This document shows, piece by piece, positions 9,925 through 18,503 of a stretch of 48,301 nt of DNA. This DNA comes from Escherichia phage vB_ EcoD_Phleasolo. The position numbers and the translations under genes were made by a program. Location of the stretch: sequence record OL539447.1, one strand, 5' to 3'. A model generated the notes under the pieces. It had not been told where the DNA came from. It did not search any database and saw only the letters and a program-made list of their open reading frames with translations. Within the stretch, counting starts at the first letter, position 1, and each line of letters opens with the position of its first letter.

Positions 9925-10326
9925 ATGAATGAAGAAGTAATTGCGTACATGCGCACGCTTTACCCGCCTCTTAAGGGTCAGCCTGATGATGTTCTTAACG
10001 CATGGATTGAGGTGGCAAGGCTATTTATCTGCTTAGATAAGTTTGGCGACAAGCAGGTTCAGGCATTGGCATTCTACACGCTTCACTTGCTTAGCCAGGA
10101 TATCGCACTGAAGACTGAGAATGATTCAAGCCAGACATCCTCTGACCGGGTTAAGTCCTACTCCCTTTCCGGCGAATACACTATTAGCTATGATACAAGC
10201 ACAGCTTCCGCAAGCTCATCTAACCTTGAGGCTTCATCATGGGGTAAGCTTTACATTGATTTGATGCGTCGTAAAGTTGGCCGCTGGGGTTTGATTACGT
10301 CTGGTGGGTCGAGGTGCTGCCGATGA
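9925..10326 (+). CDS. putative head-tail connector/adaptor
   Basis: 133-aa ORF between capsid and tail genes; positional inference. Confidence 0.3.
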   Translation: MNEEVIAYMRTLYPPLKGQPDDVLNAWIEVARLFICLDKFGDKQVQALAFYTLHLLSQDIALKTENDSSQTSSDRVKSYSLSGEYTISYDTSTASASSSNLEASSWGKLYIDLMRRKVGRWGLITSGGSRCCR

Positions 10327-10691
10327 ATCACGCACTCTTGCAGCAGCAGATCAAGGCTGGTATTAATCTCCTGTCAGATGGTGATGGCGCTTTCGAAGCT
10401 ACTACCCAGCCAACCATCTCGATAGTAAATGGCTACGAAGTGCGCACGCCTGGCACTTCATACGCAGTGAGGGGTGTTATCCGTGAATTCAAAGCGCGAG
10501 ACATTGACGGTGACATCATCAAATTCGGTGACCGTCGCGGAATTTTTACTGCTGATTCAGTTGTATCGGAAGGCGACCGCATCTACATTGACCAGGAGGC
10601 CTACACAGTCATTGACCCGCGACCAGTGAAGCCAACTGGCACGGTAATCGCCTACAGGCCAGTATTACGGAGGGCTGCTACTTATGGCTAA
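10314..10691 (+). CDS. putative head-tail joining protein
   Basis: 125-aa ORF overlapping its neighbours in the neck gene block. Confidence 0.3.
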   Translation: MLPMNHALLQQQIKAGINLLSDGDGAFEATTQPTISIVNGYEVRTPGTSYAVRGVIREFKARDIDGDIIKFGDRRGIFTADSVVSEGDRIYIDQEAYTVIDPRPVKPTGTVIAYRPVLRRAATYG

Positions 10692-11112
10692 TGACGTTGT
10701 AAGTTTCAGGAACTCAATTAACGCATGGATTGATGGCGTCACTGATGGTGTAGAATTGATTGTGGAAGGCACGCTAACTAAGGCTGCCAACGACATAGTT
10801 AAGCTATCTCCAGTTGATACAGGTCGATTCAGGGGTAACTGGCAGGCCACTGGCAATTCACCAGCCGCACAGTCACTAAATAATTACGACCCTGACGGCA
10901 GTGAGACTCGTAACTCTCTTCGTAGGCAAATCTACGCACTAGCAAGAGATACAAATACGAACGTAATTTACGTTACCAACCGGCTTGATTATGCGCAAGG
11001 ACTTGAGTTTGGTTCATCCAATCAGGCGCCTTCTGGTGTTCTTGGTGTTGTCCAGAAGAGGCTTGGTCGTTACTTCGCCGAGGCGGTACAGGAGGCTAAA
11101 CGTGCACTATGA
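10684..11112 (+). CDS. putative neck/tail completion protein
   Basis: 142-aa ORF; positional inference. Confidence 0.3.
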   Translation: MANDVVSFRNSINAWIDGVTDGVELIVEGTLTKAANDIVKLSPVDTGRFRGNWQATGNSPAAQSLNNYDPDGSETRNSLRRQIYALARDTNTNVIYVTNRLDYAQGLEFGSSNQAPSGVLGVVQKRLGRYFAEAVQEAKRAL

Positions 11113-11500
11113 AATGATGGTAGCATCAAGAAAGCTGGTTAGCGATGCTGCGGTTGATATTGCCGGCGGACTACCAGTGGCTTACGAGAACTGCGGATTC
11201 ACGCCGCCCAAAAACGGAAGTTCATGGCTGAAGTTTGACTACACGGAGGTTGATAGTGTTACGTGGGGATTGCAGAGAACATGTCGGTATTACGTTGGCA
11301 TGGTTCAGGTCTCTATATTCTTTTCACCAGGTGAGGGTACTGATAGGCCTCGCCAATTGGCTGGGCGATTGTCAGAAGCTTTCGCCGATGGTACAATGCT
11401 TGACAGCGGATACATTTATGAAGGCGGTTCTGTGTTTCCTCCAGTGAAATCACAATCCGGCTGGTTCATTCCTGTCCGATTCTACGTACGTATGGATTAA
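11102..11500 (+). CDS. putative tail terminator / tail-associated protein
   Basis: GTG at 11102 lies 6 nt after a perfect AGGAGG; the ORF-track start at 10985 overlaps the upstream gene and looks spurious. Confidence 0.3.
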   Translation: MHYEMMVASRKLVSDAAVDIAGGLPVAYENCGFTPPKNGSSWLKFDYTEVDSVTWGLQRTCRYYVGMVQVSIFFSPGEGTDRPRQLAGRLSEAFADGTMLDSGYIYEGGSVFPPVKSQSGWFIPVRFYVRMD

Positions 11501-11514
11501 TTAAGGAGATTTAC

Positions 11515-12165
11515 ATGGCCCATCTTAGCAATGGCACACAAATTTTTTTGCAGGGTTCCAAATCTGAAGCGGTAGCCGTAACAGCTATCACTAACGCAGC
11601 TCAGCCAGTTATGACCGTAGCTGATGCCTCAACTTTCGCAGCTGGTGACTTCATTGTTGTTGAGTCATCGTCATGGTCTAAACTTTCAGAAAAACAGTTG
11701 CGAGTAGTAACATCAACGGATACAACAATTACCGTTGAAGGCATTGACACTACCGACCCGCTTCAGTTCCCAGCTGGCGGAACGGCATCGATCTACAAGG
11801 TTCTTACCTGGTATGAGATGCCTTGTGTTCAGGACGTTTCAACTGATGGCGGCGAGCAGCAGTTCGTTACCTATCAGTGCTTGGCTGATGACCGTGAACA
11901 GCAGATTCCAACCTATAAGTCAGCGGTAAATACGACCTATACGTTTGCTCATGAGTTCACCAACCCTATCTACCCGGTTCTCCGTAACTACGACGAGTCC
12001 GGCGCACTGATTGCGATTCGTGCATATGTACCAAAAGCTGGCGAAGTTCGCCTGTGGACCGGAACTATTGCTTTTAACGAAACTCCAAACGTTTCAGTTA
12101 ACGAAATCGAAACTGTATCCGTAGCAATTACGGTACGTGGACGCTACAGCTTCCTCGCTGCATAA
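11515..12165 (+). CDS. major tail protein
   Basis: 216 aa with RBS AAGGAG; immediately upstream of chaperone and tape measure genes; followed by a strong terminator. Confidence 0.6.
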   Translation: MAHLSNGTQIFLQGSKSEAVAVTAITNAAQPVMTVADASTFAAGDFIVVESSSWSKLSEKQLRVVTSTDTTITVEGIDTTDPLQFPAGGTASIYKVLTWYEMPCVQDVSTDGGEQQFVTYQCLADDREQQIPTYKSAVNTTYTFAHEFTNPIYPVLRNYDESGALIAIRAYVPKAGEVRLWTGTIAFNETPNVSVNEIETVSVAITVRGRYSFLAA

Positions 12166-12171
12166 CAATCA

Positions 12172-12196
12172 AGCCCCTTCACAGGGGCTTTTTTTA
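12172..12196 (+). terminator. rho-independent terminator
   Basis: AGCCCCT-TCAC-AGGGGCT hairpin plus T7 run. Confidence 0.7.
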
Positions 12197-12238
12197 TGTT
12201 ATAATTTCAACTCAAACAAACACGAGAGGATTATTTAA

Positions 12239-12553
12239 ATGGCTAAGTTCAAATTAAAATTAGGCGCACTCCCTGATTTCAAACTTCCTGTTAAGTTCCA
12301 GATGATCAACGGAGAAGAAGCTGAGGTTATTTTCAACGCCAAGCATCGTAAGGCTAAAGAGATTCAGGAAGTATTCCAGACTGAAGGCCTTAAGGACTTT
12401 GACTTTGTTAAAGAGATTTGCAGCGGTTGGAACCTTGAAGAGGAATTTAACGACGAGAACATCGAGGAGCTGGTATCTCTGTTCCCAGCATCCGTTCTGG
12501 CACTGACTAACGCTTACATGCAAGCTCTGGCGGGCCAGCGCGCAAAGGTCTAA
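12239..12553 (+). CDS. tail assembly chaperone (G-like)
   Basis: 104 aa; sits between major tail and tape measure genes. Confidence 0.5.
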   Translation: MAKFKLKLGALPDFKLPVKFQMINGEEAEVIFNAKHRKAKEIQEVFQTEGLKDFDFVKEICSGWNLEEEFNDENIEELVSLFPASVLALTNAYMQALAGQRAKV

Positions 12554-12870
12554 AGCGCGCAGTATATCTACAATACCAAAGAGAGCCAACGGACGCCGAA
12601 CTTGAAGCTATTGGCATGCGGCGTTCCGATTATGAAGATGAAGAGCCAGAGGAGTTATACTTCGATGATGACATGATGCTGGCATGGACTGTTTACCAGG
12701 CAACTTCAACTCAATGGCGTGTAGGTATGAACGGCGCTACCGGAATAGATTATTCAGTACTCCCTTTCCTCTTTGATGTGTATAATGTCAAGGACAAAGA
12801 GATGACTTTAAATGACTTGCGAATACTGGAGTGCAAAGCACTTGAGATGATGCAAGTAAGGCAAAAATAA
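12511..12870 (+). CDS. tail assembly chaperone -1 frame extension (G-T-like; expressed only by frameshift)
   Basis: The -1 frame is open from 12511 and overlaps the last 43 nt of the upstream ORF; no SD before the internal ATG at 12616; AAAG slip-prone site at 12544-12547. Confidence 0.35.
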   Translation, partial: RLHASSGGPARKGLKRAVYLQYQREPTDAELEAIGMRRSDYEDEEPEELYFDDDMMLAWTVYQATSTQWRVGMNGATGIDYSVLPFLFDVYNVKDKEMTLNDLRILECKALEMMQVRQK

Positions 12871-12894
12871 CCTCCCTTTGTGGAGGTTTTTTTA
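12870..12894 (+). terminator. rho-independent terminator (possibly partial)
   Basis: ACCTCC-CTTTGT-GGAGGT hairpin plus T run, directly before the tape measure start. Confidence 0.5.
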
Positions 12895-12904
12895 TGGAGG
12901 TTAC

Positions 12905-15883
12905 ATGGCAGAATTTGCAGGTATCACTCTTGGCGTTGACGTTCGCCAGGTTGACCAGGGCACAAAGTCCCTGCAAGAATTTAAACGTGCCAATGAGCAG
13001 GCTGCGGCTGGTGTTAGCGAATTTGTTAACGCTGAGCTAGTTGCGAAGAATCAGGCTCGCGATACTGCCAGATATCTTTCTGAGCAGCGAACTGCTTTCC
13101 GTCAGCTGCAAACCGCAATCGACCCAACGGCAGGAAAACTTCGCAAACTACAGGAAGCGGCTGACGCACTGGATAAATCCTTCTCCGCAGGAGTTGTTCC
13201 TGAGGCTGAATTCTACCGCTTAAGCGAGGCTCTTGAGACTCAGACTAACAGGCTTCGCAACTCACAGCGCGCATTGACTGAGGAAGGCAGGGCGGCAATT
13301 GAGGCATCAAAAGCCAAGGCTCAGGCAGCTACACAGGCGGAAAGATTCCTTAAGTCTTTGCAGGCTGAAGCTCAGGCGGCAACATTAACGCGAGAGGAGC
13401 TGTTAAAGCTCAGGGCTGCTGAGTTAGGAGTCTCAAGCCAGGCTGCGCCAATTATTGCACAAATCGGAGCAGCAGCTGACCAGTCCGCAGCGGCATTAAC
13501 AAGGCAGAGCCAGGCTTTGCAACGTTCCGGGCTATCTGTTGGCGCATATAAGAACGCAATACGCACACTTCCGGCGCAGATTACAGATATTGGAACCTCA
13601 TTGGCTGGCGGCATTCCAATCTGGTTAATTGCAATTCAGCAGGGTGGCCAGATTAAGGATAGCTTTGGTGGTGTAGCTAACACATTCAGGTTTGCGCTTG
13701 CTGCATTAAACCCGTTCGTTGTTGCAGCTGGAGCTCTCGGTGTTGCTCTTGGTGCTCTTGGGCTATCAGCTTATCAGGCTTATCAGAACACATCACAGCT
13801 AAACCAGACGCTTACCCTGACCGGGCAATCAGCGAACTTATCAGCTGCAGCGGTTCAGAACCTAGCAAGGAATGCTGCTGAAGCTGCCGGAGCTACTCAG
13901 GGTTTAGGCCAGGAAATTGCTAATGGATTGGTCGCAAGTGGAAACCGCACGGTAGCTCAGATTTCAATTATCACTGAGGCAACTGCGCGCTGGGCTACGG
14001 TTACTGGTGATTCAGCTGACGATATCGTCAAGAACTTCGATAAAATCGCAAATGACCCGGTCAAAGGGCTGGCTGAGCTTGATAAGCAGTTTAATTTCTT
14101 AACCGCTGGTCAACTTAAGTACATCGAGCAGATTAGGGTTACAGAGGGTCAAACTCAAGCTGTAACGGCCGCCACGAAAATATTTGCTGATGTGATGGAG
14201 AATCGCTTAACCAAAGTTGCAGAGTCGCTAACGCCGCTTGAGAGGGCTTGGGATAGCTTCAAAAACTTCGTTTCTCGGGTTTGGACAGATATCGGGAACA
14301 GAACGCTTGGCGCGCTAAACCTAATTGTAGACGTTGTTGCTGGCACTATTGAGCAGATTCAGTTTCTGATTGGTCAGGGTGACGTTCTTATCAACAACTT
14401 CCTGATATCGACAATCAAAGCATTCCAGAATATCCCTGGCGCTGATGGAGTTGGTAGTGAGTTGGTTCAGCAATTTGAGAAGCAAAACGAAGGGATAAAG
14501 AAAGCTAACGAGGAGTTAGTTAAGTCAGTAGCTGAGCGTGACGCAAGGATTCGTAAGGGTGAGCTTGGTTATGTCACCTCAACTCAGGAGGAGCAGCAAA
14601 GGAATGGAGAATCTGACGCTGAGTTCGAGAAACGCAGAAAGTCACGTGAGCAGGAACTTAAAGATATTGAGGCAGCGAATAAGGCAAGGAAGACTGGAGT
14701 TAAGGACCAGCAAGACCTTACTATCAACTATGAGTCAGGCGTCTTAGCTCTACAGGCTCAGCTTAAGGTTCTTCAGGAACACCGCCAGATTAGTGATGTC
14801 ATCAGTAACGAGCGAAAGCAGCTGTTCGCAGAAGAAGCAAGGTTTGCAATCCTTAATGAAAGGCTGGCTGATGGCACTATCACCAAACAGCAAAGGGCGT
14901 TACTGCTACAGCAAGATAAAATCTTAGGACTGGCTCGTGAGAAAGCTGAGATTGGTGACCAGATTGTTCTGCAGGAAAGGGCCAATAAACTCCTTGATGA
15001 TAACATCAAGAAGACTCGCCAGATTAACGCTGAAGCAGTATCAATAAGTGTTGGCGCTGGATTATCTCAGCGCGAAGCTGAAAGGAAGCGAGAGTTGGCG
15101 GCGCTAGAAGCCCAGCAGATTTCTAAAGGCGGCTCCGTAGATGACACTGACTTCCAAGCATTGTTGCAGGCTCGTCAGAATTTCTACAATCAGGAAGACG
15201 CATTACGTGGCAACTGGTTGGCTGGTGTTAAGTCTGCGTTTGCTGAGACGGCTGATGAATTAGCAAACTTCAATCAGATTGGTTCTGAATTGGCAATGAG
15301 TGCCTTCAATGGATTGACTGACCAGATTACAAACCTGGTTACTACCGGAGAGGCAAACTTTAAAGAGTTTACCGCTTCAATTCTGAAGCAGATTGCACGC
15401 ATTGCAACGCAATTACTTTTGATTAAAGCTATTGAGTCAACCATATCTAGTTTTGGTGGTGGCGGCGGCTCAACAGGTACAGCTATAGCTAACTTTGGTA
15501 AATCTTTTGGCTTTGCATCTGGTGGCTACACAGGTAGTGGTGGTAAGTACGAGCCAGCTGGCACGGTGCATAAAGGTGAATTCGTATTTACTAAAGAGGC
15601 AACCTCAAGGATTGGCGTTGATAACCTTTACAAGTTGATGCGCGGATACGCAAACGGTGGGGTGGTTGGCTCTGGTCCTGGCTATGCGACTGGTGGACTT
15701 GTTGGTGGAAGCAACGTTAACGTTGGTGGAGTGAATGTTACCGTTCAGACAGGTCTTGGCGGTGGTGGCGGCAATGACGCTAAACAGTTAGAATCTGGTA
15801 TCAGGGTTATCATCGCGGAAGAGATTACTCAATCTTTCCAGCAGGGCGGAACGGCTTACCAGTTCTTGCGTGGTTACAGTTAA
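12905..15883 (+). CDS. tail tape measure protein
   Basis: 992 aa from ATG 12905 (track start 12878 is a TTG inside the terminator); long coiled-coil region, hydrophobic segments and Gly-rich C-terminus. Confidence 0.85.
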   Translation: MAEFAGITLGVDVRQVDQGTKSLQEFKRANEQAAAGVSEFVNAELVAKNQARDTARYLSEQRTAFRQLQTAIDPTAGKLRKLQEAADALDKSFSAGVVPEAEFYRLSEALETQTNRLRNSQRALTEEGRAAIEASKAKAQAATQAERFLKSLQAEAQAATLTREELLKLRAAELGVSSQAAPIIAQIGAAADQSAAALTRQSQALQRSGLSVGAYKNAIRTLPAQITDIGTSLAGGIPIWLIAIQQGGQIKDSFGGVANTFRFALAALNPFVVAAGALGVALGALGLSAYQAYQNTSQLNQTLTLTGQSANLSAAAVQNLARNAAEAAGATQGLGQEIANGLVASGNRTVAQISIITEATARWATVTGDSADDIVKNFDKIANDPVKGLAELDKQFNFLTAGQLKYIEQIRVTEGQTQAVTAATKIFADVMENRLTKVAESLTPLERAWDSFKNFVSRVWTDIGNRTLGALNLIVDVVAGTIEQIQFLIGQGDVLINNFLISTIKAFQNIPGADGVGSELVQQFEKQNEGIKKANEELVKSVAERDARIRKGELGYVTSTQEEQQRNGESDAEFEKRRKSREQELKDIEAANKARKTGVKDQQDLTINYESGVLALQAQLKVLQEHRQISDVISNERKQLFAEEARFAILNERLADGTITKQQRALLLQQDKILGLAREKAEIGDQIVLQERANKLLDDNIKKTRQINAEAVSISVGAGLSQREAERKRELAALEAQQISKGGSVDDTDFQALLQARQNFYNQEDALRGNWLAGVKSAFAETADELANFNQIGSELAMSAFNGLTDQITNLVTTGEANFKEFTASILKQIARIATQLLLIKAIESTISSFGGGGGSTGTAIANFGKSFGFASGGYTGSGGKYEPAGTVHKGEFVFTKEATSRIGVDNLYKLMRGYANGGVVGSGPGYATGGLVGGSNVNVGGVNVTVQTGLGGGGGNDAKQLESGIRVIIAEEITQSFQQGGTAYQFLRGYS

Positions 15884-15914
15884 TAAATGGGGCTTCGGCC
15901 CCTAAGGATTTTAG

Positions 15915-16265
15915 ATGGCATTGGAAACATTTCGTTGGTGTACACAAATTCAAGGTGGATCAGCAAACTTCACCAACGCGAATAACGTTAGGGTGGTTAG
16001 CTTTGGTAATGGCTACGAGCAGCGTGGGACTGGTGGCTATAGGACCAATAGGCGCACATACAATATGACCTACACTAACACTAACTGGAAGGAAGTGTTA
16101 GACTTCTGCTTTTCGCACATCATTACACCTTTTGCGTGGACAACTCCGCAAGGTGAACTTAAGCTGTTTGTTGTGGCTCAAGATAGCATCAGCGTCACAC
16201 CAAATACTAAGGAAGTACAGACTGTATCAATGCAGTTTGTAGAAGTTTTCACCTCGATGCAGTAA
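15915..16265 (+). CDS. minor tail protein (lambda M-like)
   Basis: 116 aa, first gene after the tape measure; M-L-K-I-J order matches lambda-like tail tips. Confidence 0.55.
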   Translation: MALETFRWCTQIQGGSANFTNANNVRVVSFGNGYEQRGTGGYRTNRRTYNMTYTNTNWKEVLDFCFSHIITPFAWTTPQGELKLFVVAQDSISVTPNTKEVQTVSMQFVEVFTSMQ

Positions 16266-16269
16266 ACTA

Positions 16270-16291
16270 AGACCCTACGGGGTCTTTTTTA
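16270..16291 (+). terminator. rho-independent terminator
   Basis: AGACCC-TACG-GGGTCT hairpin plus T run. Confidence 0.6.
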
Positions 16292-16304
16292 TTGGAGAAA
16301 TATC

Positions 16305-17069
16305 ATGGCAACGCCATTAAGCACTAAGTTTGAGAATCAATTACAAAGCTTGTTCCCTGGTGAGGTCGTTACGCTTATCGAGGTTGACGGAGGAAAGTTT
16401 GGCGCACCAGTTTACCGCTTTCATGGGGAGAATATCAGCTATACGCCAGAAGAAATCATGATGGCACAATCAACAGGTCAGCCACTGCCAGCAAAGGCAA
16501 TCACTTTCCGTGGAGAAGAGTATGGCGCAAGGCCTTTTGGCATTCAGGGTATTAACATGACTTCTGACGGCAAGGCAAACAAGGTAACTCTGGTTGTATC
16601 AAACGTTGACCAGAACATCTCGGCGCTCATCCGCACTTATAATGGTCTTGTTCAGGCTAAGGTTACTATCTGGATAACCCTTCGTGAGAATATTAATGAA
16701 GATGGCACCATTGCTGATGGGGATTACCGTAAGCTAGTTTACTTCATTGAGCGACCTAAGCAGGTTGACTACAACACGGCGTCATTTGAACTAACTAGCC
16801 CAATGGATATGGATGGTATCTACATTCCGGCTCGACTTGTTCAGTCTGTTTGTTATTGGGCACAGCGCAATCAGTACCGCTCAGGGAATGGATGTAACTA
16901 CATGGGCAATCGATACTTCGATAAGGACAACGTGCCTGTGACTGACCCATCCCAAGACTTCTGCGCCGGAACGGTGACCGCCTGTAAGTTAAGGTTTGGA
17001 GCTAACAATCAATTAGACTTTGGCGGTTGTGCGGCTGCAAGTCTGCAAGCGAAAGCCAACCAGAACTAA
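16305..17069 (+). CDS. minor tail protein (lambda L-like)
   Basis: 254 aa with a Cys cluster near the C-terminus (CYWAQ...GNGCNYMG...CAG...C...C), consistent with L-type tail tip proteins. Confidence 0.65.
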   Translation: MATPLSTKFENQLQSLFPGEVVTLIEVDGGKFGAPVYRFHGENISYTPEEIMMAQSTGQPLPAKAITFRGEEYGARPFGIQGINMTSDGKANKVTLVVSNVDQNISALIRTYNGLVQAKVTIWITLRENINEDGTIADGDYRKLVYFIERPKQVDYNTASFELTSPMDMDGIYIPARLVQSVCYWAQRNQYRSGNGCNYMGNRYFDKDNVPVTDPSQDFCAGTVTACKLRFGANNQLDFGGCAAASLQAKANQN

Positions 17070-17079
17070 GGAGTTGAAA

Positions 17080-17172
17080 ATGAAATTATTGTGTGCTTAT
17101 TTGATATTTATATTTTTGTCAATGTTTGGATTGTCATTAACATTAATTCTCAATATGGCTGGTGTTTTATGA
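17080..17172 (+). CDS. small hydrophobic peptide (30 aa)
   Basis: ATG 9 nt after TAAGGAG; peptide MKLLCAYLIFIFLSMFGLSLTLILNMAGVL; its stop overlaps the next gene's ATG (ATGA). Confidence 0.3.
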   Translation: MKLLCAYLIFIFLSMFGLSLTLILNMAGVL

Positions 17173-17915
17173 TTACACCTAAAGTTAAACTAGAAATATT
17201 TCGCCACGCCAACGAGGTTTACCCGCAGGAATCTTGCGGGGTTGTAACTCAAAAGGGAATGGCGCAGAAATATCACAGGATTACCAATGTATCCAAAACT
17301 CCTGAGCAATCATTCATTCTTGACCCAGCAGAATTCATGGAGATTTCAGATAGTGAACAAATTGTTTACGTGGTTCATTCTCATACTGGTGACGGTGCCA
17401 CTACTCGCCCTAGCGCTGCAGACATTTGTAGTTGTAATGAGTGCGAAATTCCTTATGTCATTGTTAGCATTCCCGAAGGCGATTTGCGAATTATTGAACC
17501 TAGCACAATGCCTTTAGCTGGCAGGCCGTGGGGTTTGGGCAGCTTCGATTGTTGGAGTTTGGTCATGGAATTTCACAAGCTACACGGCGTTAAGCTGAAC
17601 GACTACCGAGTTGATTACCAGTGGTGGACGAATGAATACCCTGACAATATCTACGATGATAATTGGCAACTTGAAGGGTTTGAGTTAGTTCGAGGTAATG
17701 ATATTCCCATTGGCTCAATGGTTATGATGCAGATTCAAAGCGAGAAGACAAACCACGCTGCAATCTACATTGGTGATAATAAAATCCTGCACCATTTATA
17801 TGGTAAGATGAGTAAGGTTGATTTGTACGGTGATTACTATCGTGAGCGGACTGTGCGAATCGTAAGGCATAAAGATTTACCGGAGGATGCTGGTTATGAC
17901 CCAGAACGTGATTGA
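17169..17915 (+). CDS. tail assembly protein (lambda K-like; JAB/MPN plus NlpC/P60-like)
   Basis: HSHTGDGATTRPSAADICSCNE metal-site-like motif near the N-terminus; start moved to the ATG at 17169. Confidence 0.65.
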   Translation: MITPKVKLEIFRHANEVYPQESCGVVTQKGMAQKYHRITNVSKTPEQSFILDPAEFMEISDSEQIVYVVHSHTGDGATTRPSAADICSCNECEIPYVIVSIPEGDLRIIEPSTMPLAGRPWGLGSFDCWSLVMEFHKLHGVKLNDYRVDYQWWTNEYPDNIYDDNWQLEGFELVRGNDIPIGSMVMMQIQSEKTNHAAIYIGDNKILHHLYGKMSKVDLYGDYYRERTVRIVRHKDLPEDAGYDPERD

Positions 17916-18462
17916 TGTTAAGTTAGGATTAGGTTTAGGCAGGAAGTTTGGAAAGCTACATAAACTGTGCGTTAAGACAGTTCCAGAAGCAATGCGGGCC
18001 CTATCTGTAAACATCCCTGAATTTAAGGAATTCATGCGTAGTCATGTTGGCCAGAACACAAGGTTTGCTGTATTCGTTGACGGTAAAAATGTTAACGAAC
18101 ACAAGATTAACGACCTGCAGACTGTGCGTGAAATCAGGATTATGCCAATCCCACAAGGTCGAAAATCAGGAGGTTTATTCCAGACAATCCTTGGTGGCGT
18201 ACTTCTGGTGGCATCTTACTTCTTCCCCGTTCTTTTGCCAGTGGCTGTAGGCCTTCTTGCTGGTGGCGTAGCTCAGTTATTGGCACCGCAAGCGACAGGA
18301 TTGAATGACCAGGCATCACAAACAAGCAACAGGGCTTCATACGCATTTGGCTCAGCAGTAAACACCATTGCTGCTGGTAACCCGGTTTGTTTGCCTTATG
18401 GTTACAGGACTGTTGGTGGCGCCGTGTTTAGCGCTGGTTCATTTGCTGAAGATATTGTTTAA
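17887..18462 (+). CDS. tail assembly protein (lambda I-like)
   Basis: 191 aa with a hydrophobic C-terminal segment; overlaps the K-like gene and precedes the J-like gene. Confidence 0.55.
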   Translation: MLVMTQNVIDVKLGLGLGRKFGKLHKLCVKTVPEAMRALSVNIPEFKEFMRSHVGQNTRFAVFVDGKNVNEHKINDLQTVREIRIMPIPQGRKSGGLFQTILGGVLLVASYFFPVLLPVAVGLLAGGVAQLLAPQATGLNDQASQTSNRASYAFGSAVNTIAAGNPVCLPYGYRTVGGAVFSAGSFAEDIV

Positions 18463-18469
18463 AATTACA

Positions 18470-18492
18470 ACCCGCCTAGTGCGGGTTTTTTA
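18470..18492 (+). terminator. rho-independent terminator
   Basis: ACCCGC-CTAGT-GCGGGT hairpin plus T run. Confidence 0.6.
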
Positions 18493-18503
18493 TTTAGTGT
18501 AGA

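Noticed and set aside
10985-11500. ORF-track start at 10985 for the gene ending at 11500
   Set aside because: That start overlaps the upstream gene by about 130 nt in another frame; a GTG at 11102 with a perfect AGGAGG 6 nt upstream is the more plausible start.
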